Positions 49,394-58,758 of a stretch of 64,000 nt of DNA are shown here, piece after piece. The position numbers were made by a program, and so were the translations under genes. The notes beneath the pieces were generated by a model. That model made no database searches, was not told the DNA's origin, and saw only the letters and a list, made by a program, of their open reading frames with translations. How positions within the stretch are numbered: the stretch's first letter is position 1; every line of letters starts with the position of its first letter. The stretch lies in NCBI GenBank assembly GCA_023267045.1, contig JAHFOB010000001.1, positions 9,593 through 73,592 of the forward strand, in the 5' to 3' direction. This stretch comes from Candidatus Zambryskiibacteriota bacterium. GTDB taxonomy: Bacteria > Patescibacteriota > Minisyncoccia > Phycocordibacterales > DATDWN01.

Positions 49394-49933
49394 ATGAAAG
49401 TCAAAAACGAACAAGCCCTGCGTTCTGGCAGGGAGTTTGAGGAATTGGTATTTGGTCACGTGGCAAAACAGGACCAAATAAGCATTTCGGAGTTGGGGGC
49501 TCCTACGTACCTCCACTTTAAGAACAGTCTTCAACAGCAGATCTACCATAACTGGAGTATTGCTGAGGCTGCCGTAGAACAAGGAAGAAGTGATTACTAT
49601 AATCCATCAAATCCTCGTACCGGACAATCTCACAAAGTTTGGGAATCGGTAAAAAACTTCTTACCAACTGAAGAATCTGGCAAGAAGGAACCTCTCCATT
49701 TCTACATGTCAATCGGAAGGAATTCTCTTGACTATTGGCATGGGGTTGACGCTTTCTTTGTTTGGAGAGGTACTTTTGTAACAATAGACCTCTCTTTGGG
49801 GCGTAAGAAGTATCCAAGCGCCGATTTCATCTTAACTCCTGCTGATATGAATGACCACAAAAGACTTTTGGTTTTTGGCAGAAAGGCTGCTGATCTTTTA
49901 ATAAAGCGCCATGAGAATAATGAAACACTATAA
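49394..49933 (+). CDS. Hypothetical protein (possible PD-(D/E)xK-like fold)
   Basis: Strong SD AGGAGGTG; LD..HGVDAF...VTID pattern; function not established. Confidence 0.6.
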   Translation: MKVKNEQALRSGREFEELVFGHVAKQDQISISELGAPTYLHFKNSLQQQIYHNWSIAEAAVEQGRSDYYNPSNPRTGQSHKVWESVKNFLPTEESGKKEPLHFYMSIGRNSLDYWHGVDAFFVWRGTFVTIDLSLGRKKYPSADFILTPADMNDHKRLLVFGRKAADLLIKRHENNETL

Positions 49934-49967
49934 ATCCGGGTCGGGACGCATGTTCCCACCCGGATTT
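49932..49967 (+). terminator. Terminator-like hairpin
   Basis: aaatccgggt/acccggattt outer stem. Confidence 0.6.
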
Positions 49968-50008
49968 CTTAATGGAAATTTTTTGTTCAATATGTTAATC
50001 TGATCAGT

Positions 50009-50395
50009 ATGAAAAAAATAAGCTATATTGTATTAGTTTTGGCTTTAATAGGGGGGGTCGCTTGGCTTGTTATAACACCAGGCAAGGACGGTAAATACGA
50101 CGTTTTTGCCAAGTGTATAAAAGATTCAGGCACTATATTTTACGGTGCTTTCTGGTGTCCTCACTGTCAGGCCCAAAAAGCTCGGTTTGGTAAATCCGCA
50201 GACCTTCTTCCATATGTAGAGTGTTCAACTGCCGATAGTCAGAGCCAGACGCAAATTTGTAAAGATAAAAATATACAGACATATCCGACGTGGTACTTTG
50301 CAAGCAGTACTGCTGTTGGTGGTTATGAGATCGTGGTGGGGGAGTTGGAACTAGCCCAATTATCTGAAAGAACAAGCTGTCCTTTAGCTCAATAA
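50009..50395 (+). CDS. Membrane-anchored thioredoxin-like protein
   Basis: YGAFWCPHC, YVEC, YPTW. Confidence 0.85.
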   Translation: MKKISYIVLVLALIGGVAWLVITPGKDGKYDVFAKCIKDSGTIFYGAFWCPHCQAQKARFGKSADLLPYVECSTADSQSQTQICKDKNIQTYPTWYFASSTAVGGYEIVVGELELAQLSERTSCPLAQ

Positions 50396-50398
50396 AAC

Positions 50399-50962
50399 AT
50401 GACATCTTTAATTCAAGCAAGTGCCACTCCAGTAATAGGATTTCTGACTTTATTATCGAACATTATATTTGTTGTTGTTTTAATTGTTGTTTTGGCCCAC
50501 TCTGATTCTCGTAAGCATTTGTATAATTTTGTACATAAATATGTTTTAGAGTTATTGTTTTTTGCCATTCTTTCTGCAGTTGTAGGAAGTCTGATATATT
50601 CTGACGTTGTCGGGTTTCCTCCTTGCGATTTGTGTTGGTGGCAGAGGATTTTCATGTATCCTCAGTTGATTATCGTTGCTTTGGCTATGTATAGAAAAGA
50701 CAAGACGGTTATTGATTATCTTGTTCCACTATCCGTTTTAGGTGCTTTGGTTTCATTATTTCAATCCTTCGTTCAATGGGGTTTTTCTTTCGGTGTCAGT
50801 GGCGGTTGTACTGTTCTCGGCGGCGAGTGTGCGAAAGTTTATTTCACTCAATATTCATACATTACCATTCCTTTCATGTCTTTCACCGTTTTCATTTATA
50901 TTATCGCTATAAAATTTATTTATTATCATAAGAGTTGGAAAACAAAAAATGGTTGGGAATAA
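50399..50962 (+). CDS. Disulfide bond formation protein DsbB/BdbC family
   Basis: PCDLCWWQRIFMYP, second Cys pair, ITIP. Confidence 0.9.
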   Translation: MTSLIQASATPVIGFLTLLSNIIFVVVLIVVLAHSDSRKHLYNFVHKYVLELLFFAILSAVVGSLIYSDVVGFPPCDLCWWQRIFMYPQLIIVALAMYRKDKTVIDYLVPLSVLGALVSLFQSFVQWGFSFGVSGGCTVLGGECAKVYFTQYSYITIPFMSFTVFIYIIAIKFIYYHKSWKTKNGWE

Positions 50963-51848
50963 AAAGATAACGATAGTTACACATAGTTCTGGTTTTCATA
51001 CTGATGATATTTTTGCTGTAGCGACACTACTTTTGACTTTAGGGGGGGGCGATAATATTTCCGTTGTTCGCTCTCGAGATAAAAGCATTATTGAAAGCGC
51101 TGATTATGTTACAGATGTTGGAGACCTCTACGATCCATCTAGAAATAGATTTGACCATCACCAAAAAGGTGGAGCTGGAAAACGAGAAAATGGAGTTCCG
51201 TATGCGTCTTTCGGTCTGGTTTGGAAAGAATTTGGTCAAAAATTATCTGGGGATAAAGCTGTAGCAGATAAAATTGATCAGATGATTGTCCAACCTATTG
51301 ATGCTGGTGATAATGGAATGAAGTTTTTAGACGCAAGAATTCCAGGATTGTATCCTTTTGATATAGAACTCTTAACTTCAATATTTTATCCAACATGGAA
51401 AGAGGATCCAGACAATTTTGACGATATCTTTAATACTTTGGTTTCTTATGCGAAAACTATCATCAGTCGTTTAATAATTTCTGTTAGAGACGATACTGAA
51501 GCAGAAAGTTTGGTGGTGGAGGCATATAAAAATTCTCCAGATAAAAGATTAATTGAAGTAGGTGATAGGTATCCTTGGGAAGAAGTACTTTCAAAATTTC
51601 CAGAACCTATTTTTGTTATTTACAAAAATAAAGACAATAACTGGACTATAGAAGGTGTTCGTAGTGATCAATTTTCCTATAAATCAAGAAAAGATCTTCC
51701 AGAATCATGGGCCGGTAGAAGAGATGAAGAATTAGAAAAAATAACTACTGTAGCAGGAGCAGTTTTCTGTCACAACGCTAGATTTATGGCAGTTAACAAA
51801 ACAAAAGAGGGAATTCTGAAAATGGCTGAAATAGCATTAAATTCTTAA
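50949..51848 (+). CDS. MYG1 family protein (DHH-like exonuclease)
   Basis: THSSGFHTDD, DVG..YD, FDHHQ, FCH. Confidence 0.9.
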   Translation: MVGNKKITIVTHSSGFHTDDIFAVATLLLTLGGGDNISVVRSRDKSIIESADYVTDVGDLYDPSRNRFDHHQKGGAGKRENGVPYASFGLVWKEFGQKLSGDKAVADKIDQMIVQPIDAGDNGMKFLDARIPGLYPFDIELLTSIFYPTWKEDPDNFDDIFNTLVSYAKTIISRLIISVRDDTEAESLVVEAYKNSPDKRLIEVGDRYPWEEVLSKFPEPIFVIYKNKDNNWTIEGVRSDQFSYKSRKDLPESWAGRRDEELEKITTVAGAVFCHNARFMAVNKTKEGILKMAEIALNS

Positions 51849-51963
51849 CCCTAGCTAAATAAACCCGGTAGATAGAGTGCTATCATACCAACGATAACTA
51901 GGACGCAGATGACTGTCCAGATTATTTGAAATGTTTTTTTGTTCTTTTTTTGAAAAAGCATAG

Positions 51964-52009
<46 letters not shown>

Positions 52010-52013
52010 ACTC

Positions 52014-52397
52014 ATGATGCTTGATTTCTCACAAAAACGCAAGTTTAGAAGTCTACTATATAACTGGATAACTATAGGTATTTTGGCTATTATTGTTTTG
52101 TTTTTTTTACATTCTACCTGGTCTGTTTATAAAAAAGATAAAGAAAGTGAACAAATGAAACAGGTCTCACTCCAGAACGTAGAGGAGTTGAGGGCCAGAA
52201 ACGAGAATTTGCAGACTAAAATAGATAGACTGGCAACTCCGGAGGGTGTCGAAGAGGAGATTCGTTCAAAGTTTAGTGTGGCAAAGGAGAATGAGAATAT
52301 GGTTTTGGTTGTAGAGAGTGAGCAGAACTTAGAGCAACCAACAACAACGGAACAAGTTACATTTTGGCAAAGGATACGAAGTTTCTTTGGAAATTAA
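52014..52397 (+). CDS. Septum formation initiator (FtsB/DivIC-like)
   Basis: One TM, coiled coil, GVEEEIRSKFSVAKENE. Confidence 0.75.
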   Translation: MMLDFSQKRKFRSLLYNWITIGILAIIVLFFLHSTWSVYKKDKESEQMKQVSLQNVEELRARNENLQTKIDRLATPEGVEEEIRSKFSVAKENENMVLVVESEQNLEQPTTTEQVTFWQRIRSFFGN

Positions 52398-52474
52398 AAA
52401 TTAAAAATTGAAAAATTCTAGTTGATATATATTATGTAGTAGTATATACTTCCAGAAATAACCATAATAAAAAG

Positions 52475-52732
52475 ATGAAGAAAGTCACGATATACTCAAC
52501 ACCTGTTTGCCACTACTGTGCAATGGCGAAAGAATACTTCAAAGCAAACGGAGTCGCATATGAAGAGTTTGACGTTGCAAGTAATGCCGACAAAAGAAAA
52601 GAAATGATGGAAAAGTCAGGTCAGCTTGGCGTACCTGTAATACTAATTGACGATAGTGTTGTGGTCGGTTTCAATAGGCCTAAACTAGCTCAACTTCTAA
52701 ATATTGGCCAACCCGCTCCACAGACAGCGTAA
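52475..52732 (+). CDS. Glutaredoxin/NrdH-like protein
   Basis: YSTPVCHYC, GQLGVPVI, VGF. Confidence 0.9.
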   Translation: MKKVTIYSTPVCHYCAMAKEYFKANGVAYEEFDVASNADKRKEMMEKSGQLGVPVILIDDSVVVGFNRPKLAQLLNIGQPAPQTA

Positions 52733-52808
52733 ATCTCACGATACTAGTGGATAAAACGATACATAACTAGTATTGTTTTGGTTTATCCAAATAGTGTATA
52801 ATTGATTA

Positions 52809-53432
52809 ATGGGTAAAGCATTATTATTAAAATCAGAGATTGATAAAATAAAAAAGCTAAGAGAAACAGGGCATTCTCTGAATGAGATAAAAAGCGTTGT
52901 TAATCGAGGATATGGAACAGTGTATCGTTATATGAAAAATGTTCCTGTCATCTCAAAGTACCAAGATATTTTAAAATCTAAACAAGGTGGTAGTAGTGCG
53001 AGATCTCAAAAAAATTGGAACAATGCTAGAAAAAATGCCAGTAAAATTATAAATGATCTTAATTTCAAAGAAAAGATGGTAGCACTTTCTTGTCTTTATT
53101 GGGGTGAGGGTAATAAGACAGAATTAAGTTTAATTAATAGTGATCCTAGTTTGCTTAAAGTTTTTCTGTCATGTTTAAGAGAGTTGGGTATTAAAGAAAG
53201 TGATTTGAAAATAAGTTTGAGATTATTTGAAGATATAGATAGAAATAAAGCAACAGATTTTTGGTTGAAAATTCTACATCTACCAAACGGGAGTATTACA
53301 AAATATGACATAAAAAAAGGAAGTAAATCGGGAAAACTTAAATACGGTATGTGTAGAATAAGAGTGAAAAAATCTGACAAATATTTCAAATTGATTATGA
53401 GTATGATAGATTTAATTAAATTAAAGGTTTAA
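52809..53432 (+). CDS. HTH plus LAGLIDADG-like protein
   Basis: N-terminal LR..G.SL.EI HTH; LYWGEG, NSDP, FW, YG.C.I pattern. Confidence 0.6.
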   Translation: MGKALLLKSEIDKIKKLRETGHSLNEIKSVVNRGYGTVYRYMKNVPVISKYQDILKSKQGGSSARSQKNWNNARKNASKIINDLNFKEKMVALSCLYWGEGNKTELSLINSDPSLLKVFLSCLRELGIKESDLKISLRLFEDIDRNKATDFWLKILHLPNGSITKYDIKKGSKSGKLKYGMCRIRVKKSDKYFKLIMSMIDLIKLKV

Positions 53433-53435
53433 AAT

Positions 53436-53507
53436 GCCGTCGTAGTTAAATGGATATAACTCCTTCGTCCTAAGAAGGAATTGACCGTTCGATTCGGTCC
53501 GATGGCA
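53436..53507 (+). tRNA. tRNA-Arg(CCT)
   Basis: Cloverleaf: gccgtcg/cgatggc, ccttc-gtCCTaa-gaagg, gaccg-ttcgatt-cggtc; CCA not encoded. Confidence 0.93.
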
Positions 53508-53508
53508 C

Positions 53509-53535
53509 AAAAAAAAGAGAGCTCCACTCTCTTTT
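53509..53535. terminator. Bidirectional terminator
   Basis: A8-gagag ctcca ctctc-T4. Confidence 0.7.
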
Positions 53536-53538
53536 AAA

Positions 53539-53748
53539 GGGGTGCTCCCTGTCTGGTCCCTACAAGTTCTCTGTTTTGAGATACTTTGTCCTCACCACGC
53601 TCTGGATGATAACCTAGGATTAACTCATCACCCAAGGTGGAAGCCTTTGCGAGTTACGCGCCTCGTTGGCGGTCTTGGATTTTCTCTCGTCAAGAGACTT
53701 ATGAGGGATCTGATCGCGCGATCAAGATTAACCTTAAAGGAGCACCCC
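53539..53748 (-). ncRNA. Candidate structured ncRNA, about 210 nt, family unassigned
   Basis: 10-bp closing stem ggggtgctcc/ggagcacccc, further stems, promoter at 53754-53781 and terminator at 53509-53535 on minus strand. Confidence 0.65.
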
Positions 53749-53753
53749 GTTTC

Positions 53754-53781
53754 ATTCTAAGGGTCTCTAATTTTTTGTCAA
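53754..53781 (-). promoter_or_regulatory. sigma70 promoter of candidate ncRNA
   Basis: TTGACA-16-TAGAAT on minus strand. Confidence 0.75.
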
Positions 53782-53819
53782 CTTATTTACTTTTCTTCAT
53801 ATTTTGCTACTATAATCTC

Positions 53820-54056
53820 ATGTCACCAGAGGAAAGAGAGCTCCTTAAAAGAACAGCTGATCTTGCAGAAGATAACAATAAAATGTTGCGCTCGATGCAA
53901 CGTTCTATGCGTTTACAAAGGATAATGACTCTATTTTATTGGGTTTTTATAATAGGCTCGGCCATAGGAGCGTATTATCTTATTCAGCCATATATAGATA
54001 GTATTAAAGGGGCATATGGAGGTGCTAGTAGCGGTTTCAAGGATCTTTTTAACTAA
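53820..54056 (+). CDS. Small single-TM hypothetical protein
   Basis: MSPEERELL..LAEDNNKML, TM, QPY; TATAAT just upstream of ATG 53820. Confidence 0.75.
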   Translation: MSPEERELLKRTADLAEDNNKMLRSMQRSMRLQRIMTLFYWVFIIGSAIGAYYLIQPYIDSIKGAYGGASSGFKDLFN

Positions 54057-54427
54057 AATTTAAGAGTTCGCCCTTTATAATTCAAAGCTTCTTTAACAAA
54101 TTTTTCCCCAAGTTTTGTGCTATGTTCTATCATGTGACAGTTTGCACAAAGTAAAAGACATTTTTGCATCTCGGCTTTAATTGAATCCCAACTTTTATTT
54201 GCAACACCCCCGATAATGAATTCTTTCTTTGAAGAGTCTTTGTGGTGAAATTGCATTGCTGCTTGATTCCCATGCCATCCACATTTCTCACACTTTCCTC
54301 CCAATAATTTAATAGCTGCGGCTTTAGACCGAAATCTTCGAATTTTTGTATTACATGAACCACAACGATTTCTTTGTCTATTTTGGTAATCTTTAAATGG
54401 TTTATTACACAATTTGCATATTGTCAT
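54053..54427 (-). CDS. HNH-type zinc-binding endonuclease-like protein
   Basis: Three CxxC pairs, FHH...E..KC.LLCANCH...H. Confidence 0.75.
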   Translation of the reverse strand: MTICKLCNKPFKDYQNRQRNRCGSCNTKIRRFRSKAAAIKLLGGKCEKCGWHGNQAAMQFHHKDSSKKEFIIGGVANKSWDSIKAEMQKCLLLCANCHMIEHSTKLGEKFVKEALNYKGRTLKF

Positions 54428-54513
54428 ATTGGTCAGTATAACATATATGGCTCTACCAAAATCAAGAATGGGTTGCAAAATAGGTATTTTTTAGTAATAT
54501 ATCCATACCACAT

Positions 54514-54589
54514 GCCGAGGTAACTCAGTTAGCAGAGTGCTTCCCTGAAGAGGAAGAAGTCGCCAGTGCAACTCTGGCCCTCGGCACCA
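54514..54589 (+). tRNA. tRNA-Phe(GAA)
   Basis: 76-nt cloverleaf gccgagg/cctcggc, cttcc-ctGAAga-ggaag, encoded CCA; T-loop TGCAACT. Confidence 0.95.
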
Positions 54590-56132
54590 TAATCCGACTT
54601 TCGTCGGAAGAACCAACGGATGCGTGGGACGCGCGAAGTGCGTCCCACGGAGTTCCGCCTGAATCTGCGAGGGAATCTGTCAAAAATGAATCTGAATTTG
54701 GAGTGCAAGCACTCACGGTTTTTTCGCGGAGGAGGAGGTTCGAGCCAAAGACTTTTTTGGCAGCAACCTTTTTATTCAAAAGGTTGCTATCCAATGCAAT
54801 TTTTTCCATATTCTGGGCTTCTTTTATCCATTCTGACATCGGTTCGAGCCAATGTTTTTGCTTTTGTTCATTCCGAGATATTTCTTCTTCCAGCGACTTT
54901 TTCTCGGATAACAATTTTGCTTTTTGTTCACGATATACTTCTTTTTCTACATCTTGGTCTAAATATCCATCTAAAAGTCGCTGGAGCTTCACAGTAATAT
55001 CTTTTATACGATTTTGATTTTTTAGAACAAAAGCAGAAACAGATTGGGCGGATTCCGTTTTGTCGTTTTCTAAACGACCGAACATATATTCCGCCCAATC
55101 TTGTGGCAAAGAAACTTTTTGAAGAAGTGATGAAATTTGTTCGTCCAAGACTTCCTGGCGAATACAGGGTTCAGGACACTTAATATCTCGTCGCTTTTTG
55201 GAACAGTGATAGTAAGTGTAATAATGTTCTTTACCACTGACTTGTTTCTTCACCCTGTATTCGCCAGTGATCATCATTCCGCAAGTTCCACAGGATAACA
55301 AACCACAATATGCTTGGGGTTCATTTTTCTGTTTGTGTCTTGGACGACCTCTTTGCTTCATCACTTCTTGGACTCTATCAAAAAGTTTCTTGTCCACGAT
55401 TGGCTCAAACTTTCCTTCATAGACTTCACCAGAATATCTAAAGTGTCCATAGTAAAAAGGATTAGACAGAATAAAAGTAGCTCTGGTTCTATGGATTCTC
55501 TTTCCGTGTTTTGTTAAAAGATTGTGCTTCGCCAAAAACATACCGATAGTATTAAGAGTTTGATTACCTTGTGAATACAGTTCGAACGCTTGTCTTATAA
55601 CAGGCGCGGATTTTTTGTCCACCACGATTGTCTTTGTTCTACTATCGTTTATATATCCCACTGGTGAAAGTCCTGGATATTCTCCGCGCCTAACTTTTTG
55701 GCGAAGTCCTCTTTTGGTATTTTCGGAAAGAGAATCCACATAGTATTTACTTTGTCCGAAAGCCATGTTGAGCATGAATTTACCTTGACTCGTAGAATCA
55801 CACCAAAAAGTAGGAAACTTCAAGCTCGCAAGTTTCCCTGTGTCGAGGAGGTATATTATTTTTCCACCATCAATACTATTTCTTGCGAGACGATCCGGAT
55901 GCCAAGAGAGGATAGAATCTGCATCGCCATTTTCGATACATCTCATCATTTCGTTGAAAATAGGACGACCTGGAATCTTGGCAGATTGTTTTTCTATAAA
56001 CTCAAGGGCGATGTTCAGATTTTCTCGCTTGGCATAGTCTCGCAATTCGTTGAGCTGTGCCTCAATCGAAAGAACTTGTTTGTCCTCGACATCTGTTGAC
56101 TTGCGAGCGTATAAAAAGAATTTTTGTTCCAT
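54525..56132 (-). CDS. Large serine recombinase (resolvase, recombinase and zinc-ribbon domains)
   Basis: YARKST, DRLARN, SENTKRG, LSNPFYYG, CGTCG..YYHC; ATG 56132; last 20 codons are antisense tRNA. Confidence 0.95.
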   Translation of the reverse strand: MEQKFFLYARKSTDVEDKQVLSIEAQLNELRDYAKRENLNIALEFIEKQSAKIPGRPIFNEMMRCIENGDADSILSWHPDRLARNSIDGGKIIYLLDTGKLASLKFPTFWCDSTSQGKFMLNMAFGQSKYYVDSLSENTKRGLRQKVRRGEYPGLSPVGYINDSRTKTIVVDKKSAPVIRQAFELYSQGNQTLNTIGMFLAKHNLLTKHGKRIHRTRATFILSNPFYYGHFRYSGEVYEGKFEPIVDKKLFDRVQEVMKQRGRPRHKQKNEPQAYCGLLSCGTCGMMITGEYRVKKQVSGKEHYYTYYHCSKKRRDIKCPEPCIRQEVLDEQISSLLQKVSLPQDWAEYMFGRLENDKTESAQSVSAFVLKNQNRIKDITVKLQRLLDGYLDQDVEKEVYREQKAKLLSEKKSLEEEISRNEQKQKHWLEPMSEWIKEAQNMEKIALDSNLLNKKVAAKKVFGSNLLLREKTVSACTPNSDSFLTDSLADSGGTPWDALRASHASVGSSDESRIMVPRARVALATSSSSGKHSAN

Positions 56133-56189
56133 ATGTTTGTAGTATAGCAAAAATTCTTTTTGTAAAGAAAAGTAAAAATTGTATTGGAT

Positions 56190-56393
56190 TCGAACCTCCT
56201 CCTCCAAAACAAATTAGTGCGCGCTTGCGCGCCAGATTCAGATTCATTTTTGGCGGATTCCATCGCAGATTCAGGCGGGAACCCTTGGGATGCACTTCGT
56301 GCGTCCCACATTATGGCTTCTTCAAAACCGATTTGTTCTATTTTGGTGTGTCTTTACGACTTCGCTCGAACTTATTTCATTAAAACTGTTTAA
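56190..56393 (+). pseudogene. Inverted paralogous recombinase C-terminus forming an attP-like junction
   Basis: 34/53 aa identical and ungapped versus 54585-54743, continuing into CLYDFARTYFIKTV stop. Confidence 0.8.
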
Positions 56394-56567
56394 GTGGTGA
56401 ATCTGACAATGAATTCCGTCACGGCTCGGCATCCGCTCCAGAACACGCTGGAAAGCGTGTTCTTCCGCTTCTGCCTTACCGTGTCCGCCCTCGCACCCAT
56501 CGCTTCCAATCCTAAATCTGTTTTGCGCGGGATTTCTTTTTTCGGAATGGGCGATTGGTTCTCGGGC
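56344..56567 (+). repeat. 224-bp inverted repeat, left copy
   Basis: Reverse complement of 59374-59597; no mismatch seen by eye. Confidence 0.95.
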
Positions 56568-56611
56568 TACTTGCCGTGACAAAAAATTAACCAAAATGTT
56601 ATACTTAAAAC

Positions 56612-58228
56612 ATGGATGAACAAACTCCTACTATTATTCCTCCCCCGATACCCCAGGAAGAACCTCAAAAAACTAAACAGCCATTATGGTTAGCGGTCTC
56701 AATTCTGGCTGCAGTTTTTGTAGTTGTCGGTAGTTATTTTATATATCAAAAACTAACGACAAAATCACAGATTCAGAATGTAAATTTTGTAAATATTGCT
56801 ACGACCACAGATCAATTTGCAAATTGGAAAACATATACCGATGAACAGTATAAATTTGAGTTTAAATATCCAGCTACACTTGAAGTTTTTAAAGATAATA
56901 CGGCGATTATTCACATTATTCATCCCGAAGATAAGGACGTAGATTTAAGTAAAACTGGGCCAGTAGATGGCATGTGGATACATGTTGTGGATAATACAGA
57001 TAAATTATCCGTCACTGATTGGTGGAATAAATACGGACCTTATACTCCAAAAAGAAATGGTACTGGACTTAAACCCGACACTTTTCCAATTAAGAATATG
57101 AGCGTGGGTAATTTAAACGGTATTTACATTGGTGGTTCAGAGGGTGTTTTATCGAATTACCTCATTTTGCCATATATGGATAAAATCCTTGAAATTAATG
57201 TAATGACTAAAGATTTCAAGGAAATTCTCTCTACTTTAAAATTACCAGAATCATTAACAAAAGATTGGCAAACCTACAGAAACGATGAGTTTAAAATTTT
57301 TGAAATAAAATATCCTGGAGGATGGGTAATTCAACAGGAAGATCCTTACCAGCTTATTTTATCAAGTGCTCCAAAAGAACAATATTTGAAAGATGTTGGT
57401 GTCGCTCCTTCTGGAAATATGTCAATAACCGTGTCAGAGGGTGTAAATTGCTCTAGTGATGATTTCAAAAGCCTTCTCGGTTTTACGAAGTCAAACATTT
57501 CAGTTAAAAGAGTTTGTGTTGATGGATTTCAGATCTCAGCAGTTATTTGGAATGATGATACGCAAATAATTTCTCATAAAGAACTACTGAATGAAATTAT
57601 TTCCACATTTAAATTTATTGAGAAAAAACGACTTAGTAAAGAAGAACTAGCAAACAGAATATTACTAACTTCAGAAAATATTCCTACTTACGCAAAATAT
57701 AATGAACCATATAAAAGCGGGAGTTTACCCTCAGCATGTACTGAAAAATTTAATTATGACGAGCCAAATAGTACAACTACTTATTCTAATACAAAATGGG
57801 GCATATCGTTTGGAGTTCCATATAATGTAAATTGGGGAAATAGTAAGTACAGAATAGATCCGTATGAAGAAATTGAGGTAAATAATAAATATAACAACGA
57901 TGTCTTATCTGCTATTTCATGGGGTTATATTAGTGGTGGTGAGGGATGTTCATGGGGAAGACAATATTTTGTTGATATTAAATCAAAAAAATCAGCGGAG
58001 GATCTTATGACATCAATGAAACCGGATAATCTTCCTTACGATATATTTCATGCTAAAATCGAGACAATAAATAACTTACAGGTTGTAAAATATAGTACTG
58101 CCGATATGTGTGCATATTACTATATAGTAGTTATTGGTAAAAAATATAATTATGAATTCACATCTTCATGTAATGGAAGTTTTGATGACGTTGAACCGGT
58201 AGTTAAAACAGTAAAACTACTTGATTAA
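56612..58228 (+). CDS. Membrane-anchored surface protein with three WKTY..F..KYP (PsbP-like) repeats
   Basis: N-terminal TM; WKTYTDEQYKFEFKYP, WQTYRNDEFKIFEIKYP, TTYSNTKWGISFGVP. Confidence 0.7.
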   Translation: MDEQTPTIIPPPIPQEEPQKTKQPLWLAVSILAAVFVVVGSYFIYQKLTTKSQIQNVNFVNIATTTDQFANWKTYTDEQYKFEFKYPATLEVFKDNTAIIHIIHPEDKDVDLSKTGPVDGMWIHVVDNTDKLSVTDWWNKYGPYTPKRNGTGLKPDTFPIKNMSVGNLNGIYIGGSEGVLSNYLILPYMDKILEINVMTKDFKEILSTLKLPESLTKDWQTYRNDEFKIFEIKYPGGWVIQQEDPYQLILSSAPKEQYLKDVGVAPSGNMSITVSEGVNCSSDDFKSLLGFTKSNISVKRVCVDGFQISAVIWNDDTQIISHKELLNEIISTFKFIEKKRLSKEELANRILLTSENIPTYAKYNEPYKSGSLPSACTEKFNYDEPNSTTTYSNTKWGISFGVPYNVNWGNSKYRIDPYEEIEVNNKYNNDVLSAISWGYISGGEGCSWGRQYFVDIKSKKSAEDLMTSMKPDNLPYDIFHAKIETINNLQVVKYSTADMCAYYYIVVIGKKYNYEFTSSCNGSFDDVEPVVKTVKLLD

Positions 58229-58272
58229 TAATTTGTTGCTTAAAAATTGGTATTTGATATAATGTCAGTAAT

Positions 58273-58755
58273 ATGGCTCGCGATGTACTAAATGCACAAC
58301 AAATAGCCGAATACTTCCTCTGGAAAGCGCAAAACGAGAAAAAGGCAATTACGAATAAGAAACTGCAGAAATTACTTTACTATGCTCAAGCATGGTCTTT
58401 GGTTTTGCGTGACAAAAAACTTTTCAGTGACAAAATTGAGGCGTGGGTACATGGGCCTGCTGTTCGTGATGTATATTTTGAATACAAAAAATTTGGCTTT
58501 GGGCCAATCACAAAAACTGTAAAGGAAAATGACTTAGAAAAAATTTCTATAGATACAAAAAAATTCCTCGATCAAGTTTGGTCTGTATATGGTAAAAAAG
58601 ATGCAGCTTATTTGGAATATCTTTCTCACTCTGAAACTCCTTGGCAAAAAGCCCGCGAAGGACTTGAACCACATATTGGGTCTGAAAATGAAATTTCTCC
58701 TAAAGACATGAAGGAATTTTACAGTTCTAAACTCACAACACAGAAACATACTTAA
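58273..58755 (+). CDS. Panacea (DUF4065/GepA/SocA-like) antitoxin
   Basis: KLQKLLYYAQ, EAWVHGP, L..LSH.E.PW. Confidence 0.9.
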   Translation: MARDVLNAQQIAEYFLWKAQNEKKAITNKKLQKLLYYAQAWSLVLRDKKLFSDKIEAWVHGPAVRDVYFEYKKFGFGPITKTVKENDLEKISIDTKKFLDQVWSVYGKKDAAYLEYLSHSETPWQKAREGLEPHIGSENEISPKDMKEFYSSKLTTQKHT

Positions 58756-58758
58756 ACT

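Noticed and set aside
52741-52789. Possible pseudoknot (atactagt/actagtat with ggataaaac/gtttatcc)
   Set aside because: Short AT-rich stems that could arise by chance; no supporting second copy
53539-53748. tmRNA, RNase P RNA or SRP RNA; also the listed ORFs 53542-53760 and the 5' part of 53637
   Set aside because: No tRNA-like TTCGA/CCA end, no GAGGAAAGTCC with matching P4 partner, no SRP loop motif; the ORFs have no protein-like features
56394-56579. Duplicated 61-66 aa ORFs MVNLTMNSV... (also 59347-59547)
   Set aside because: By-product of the GC-rich 224-bp repeat; no start signals or recognisable domain
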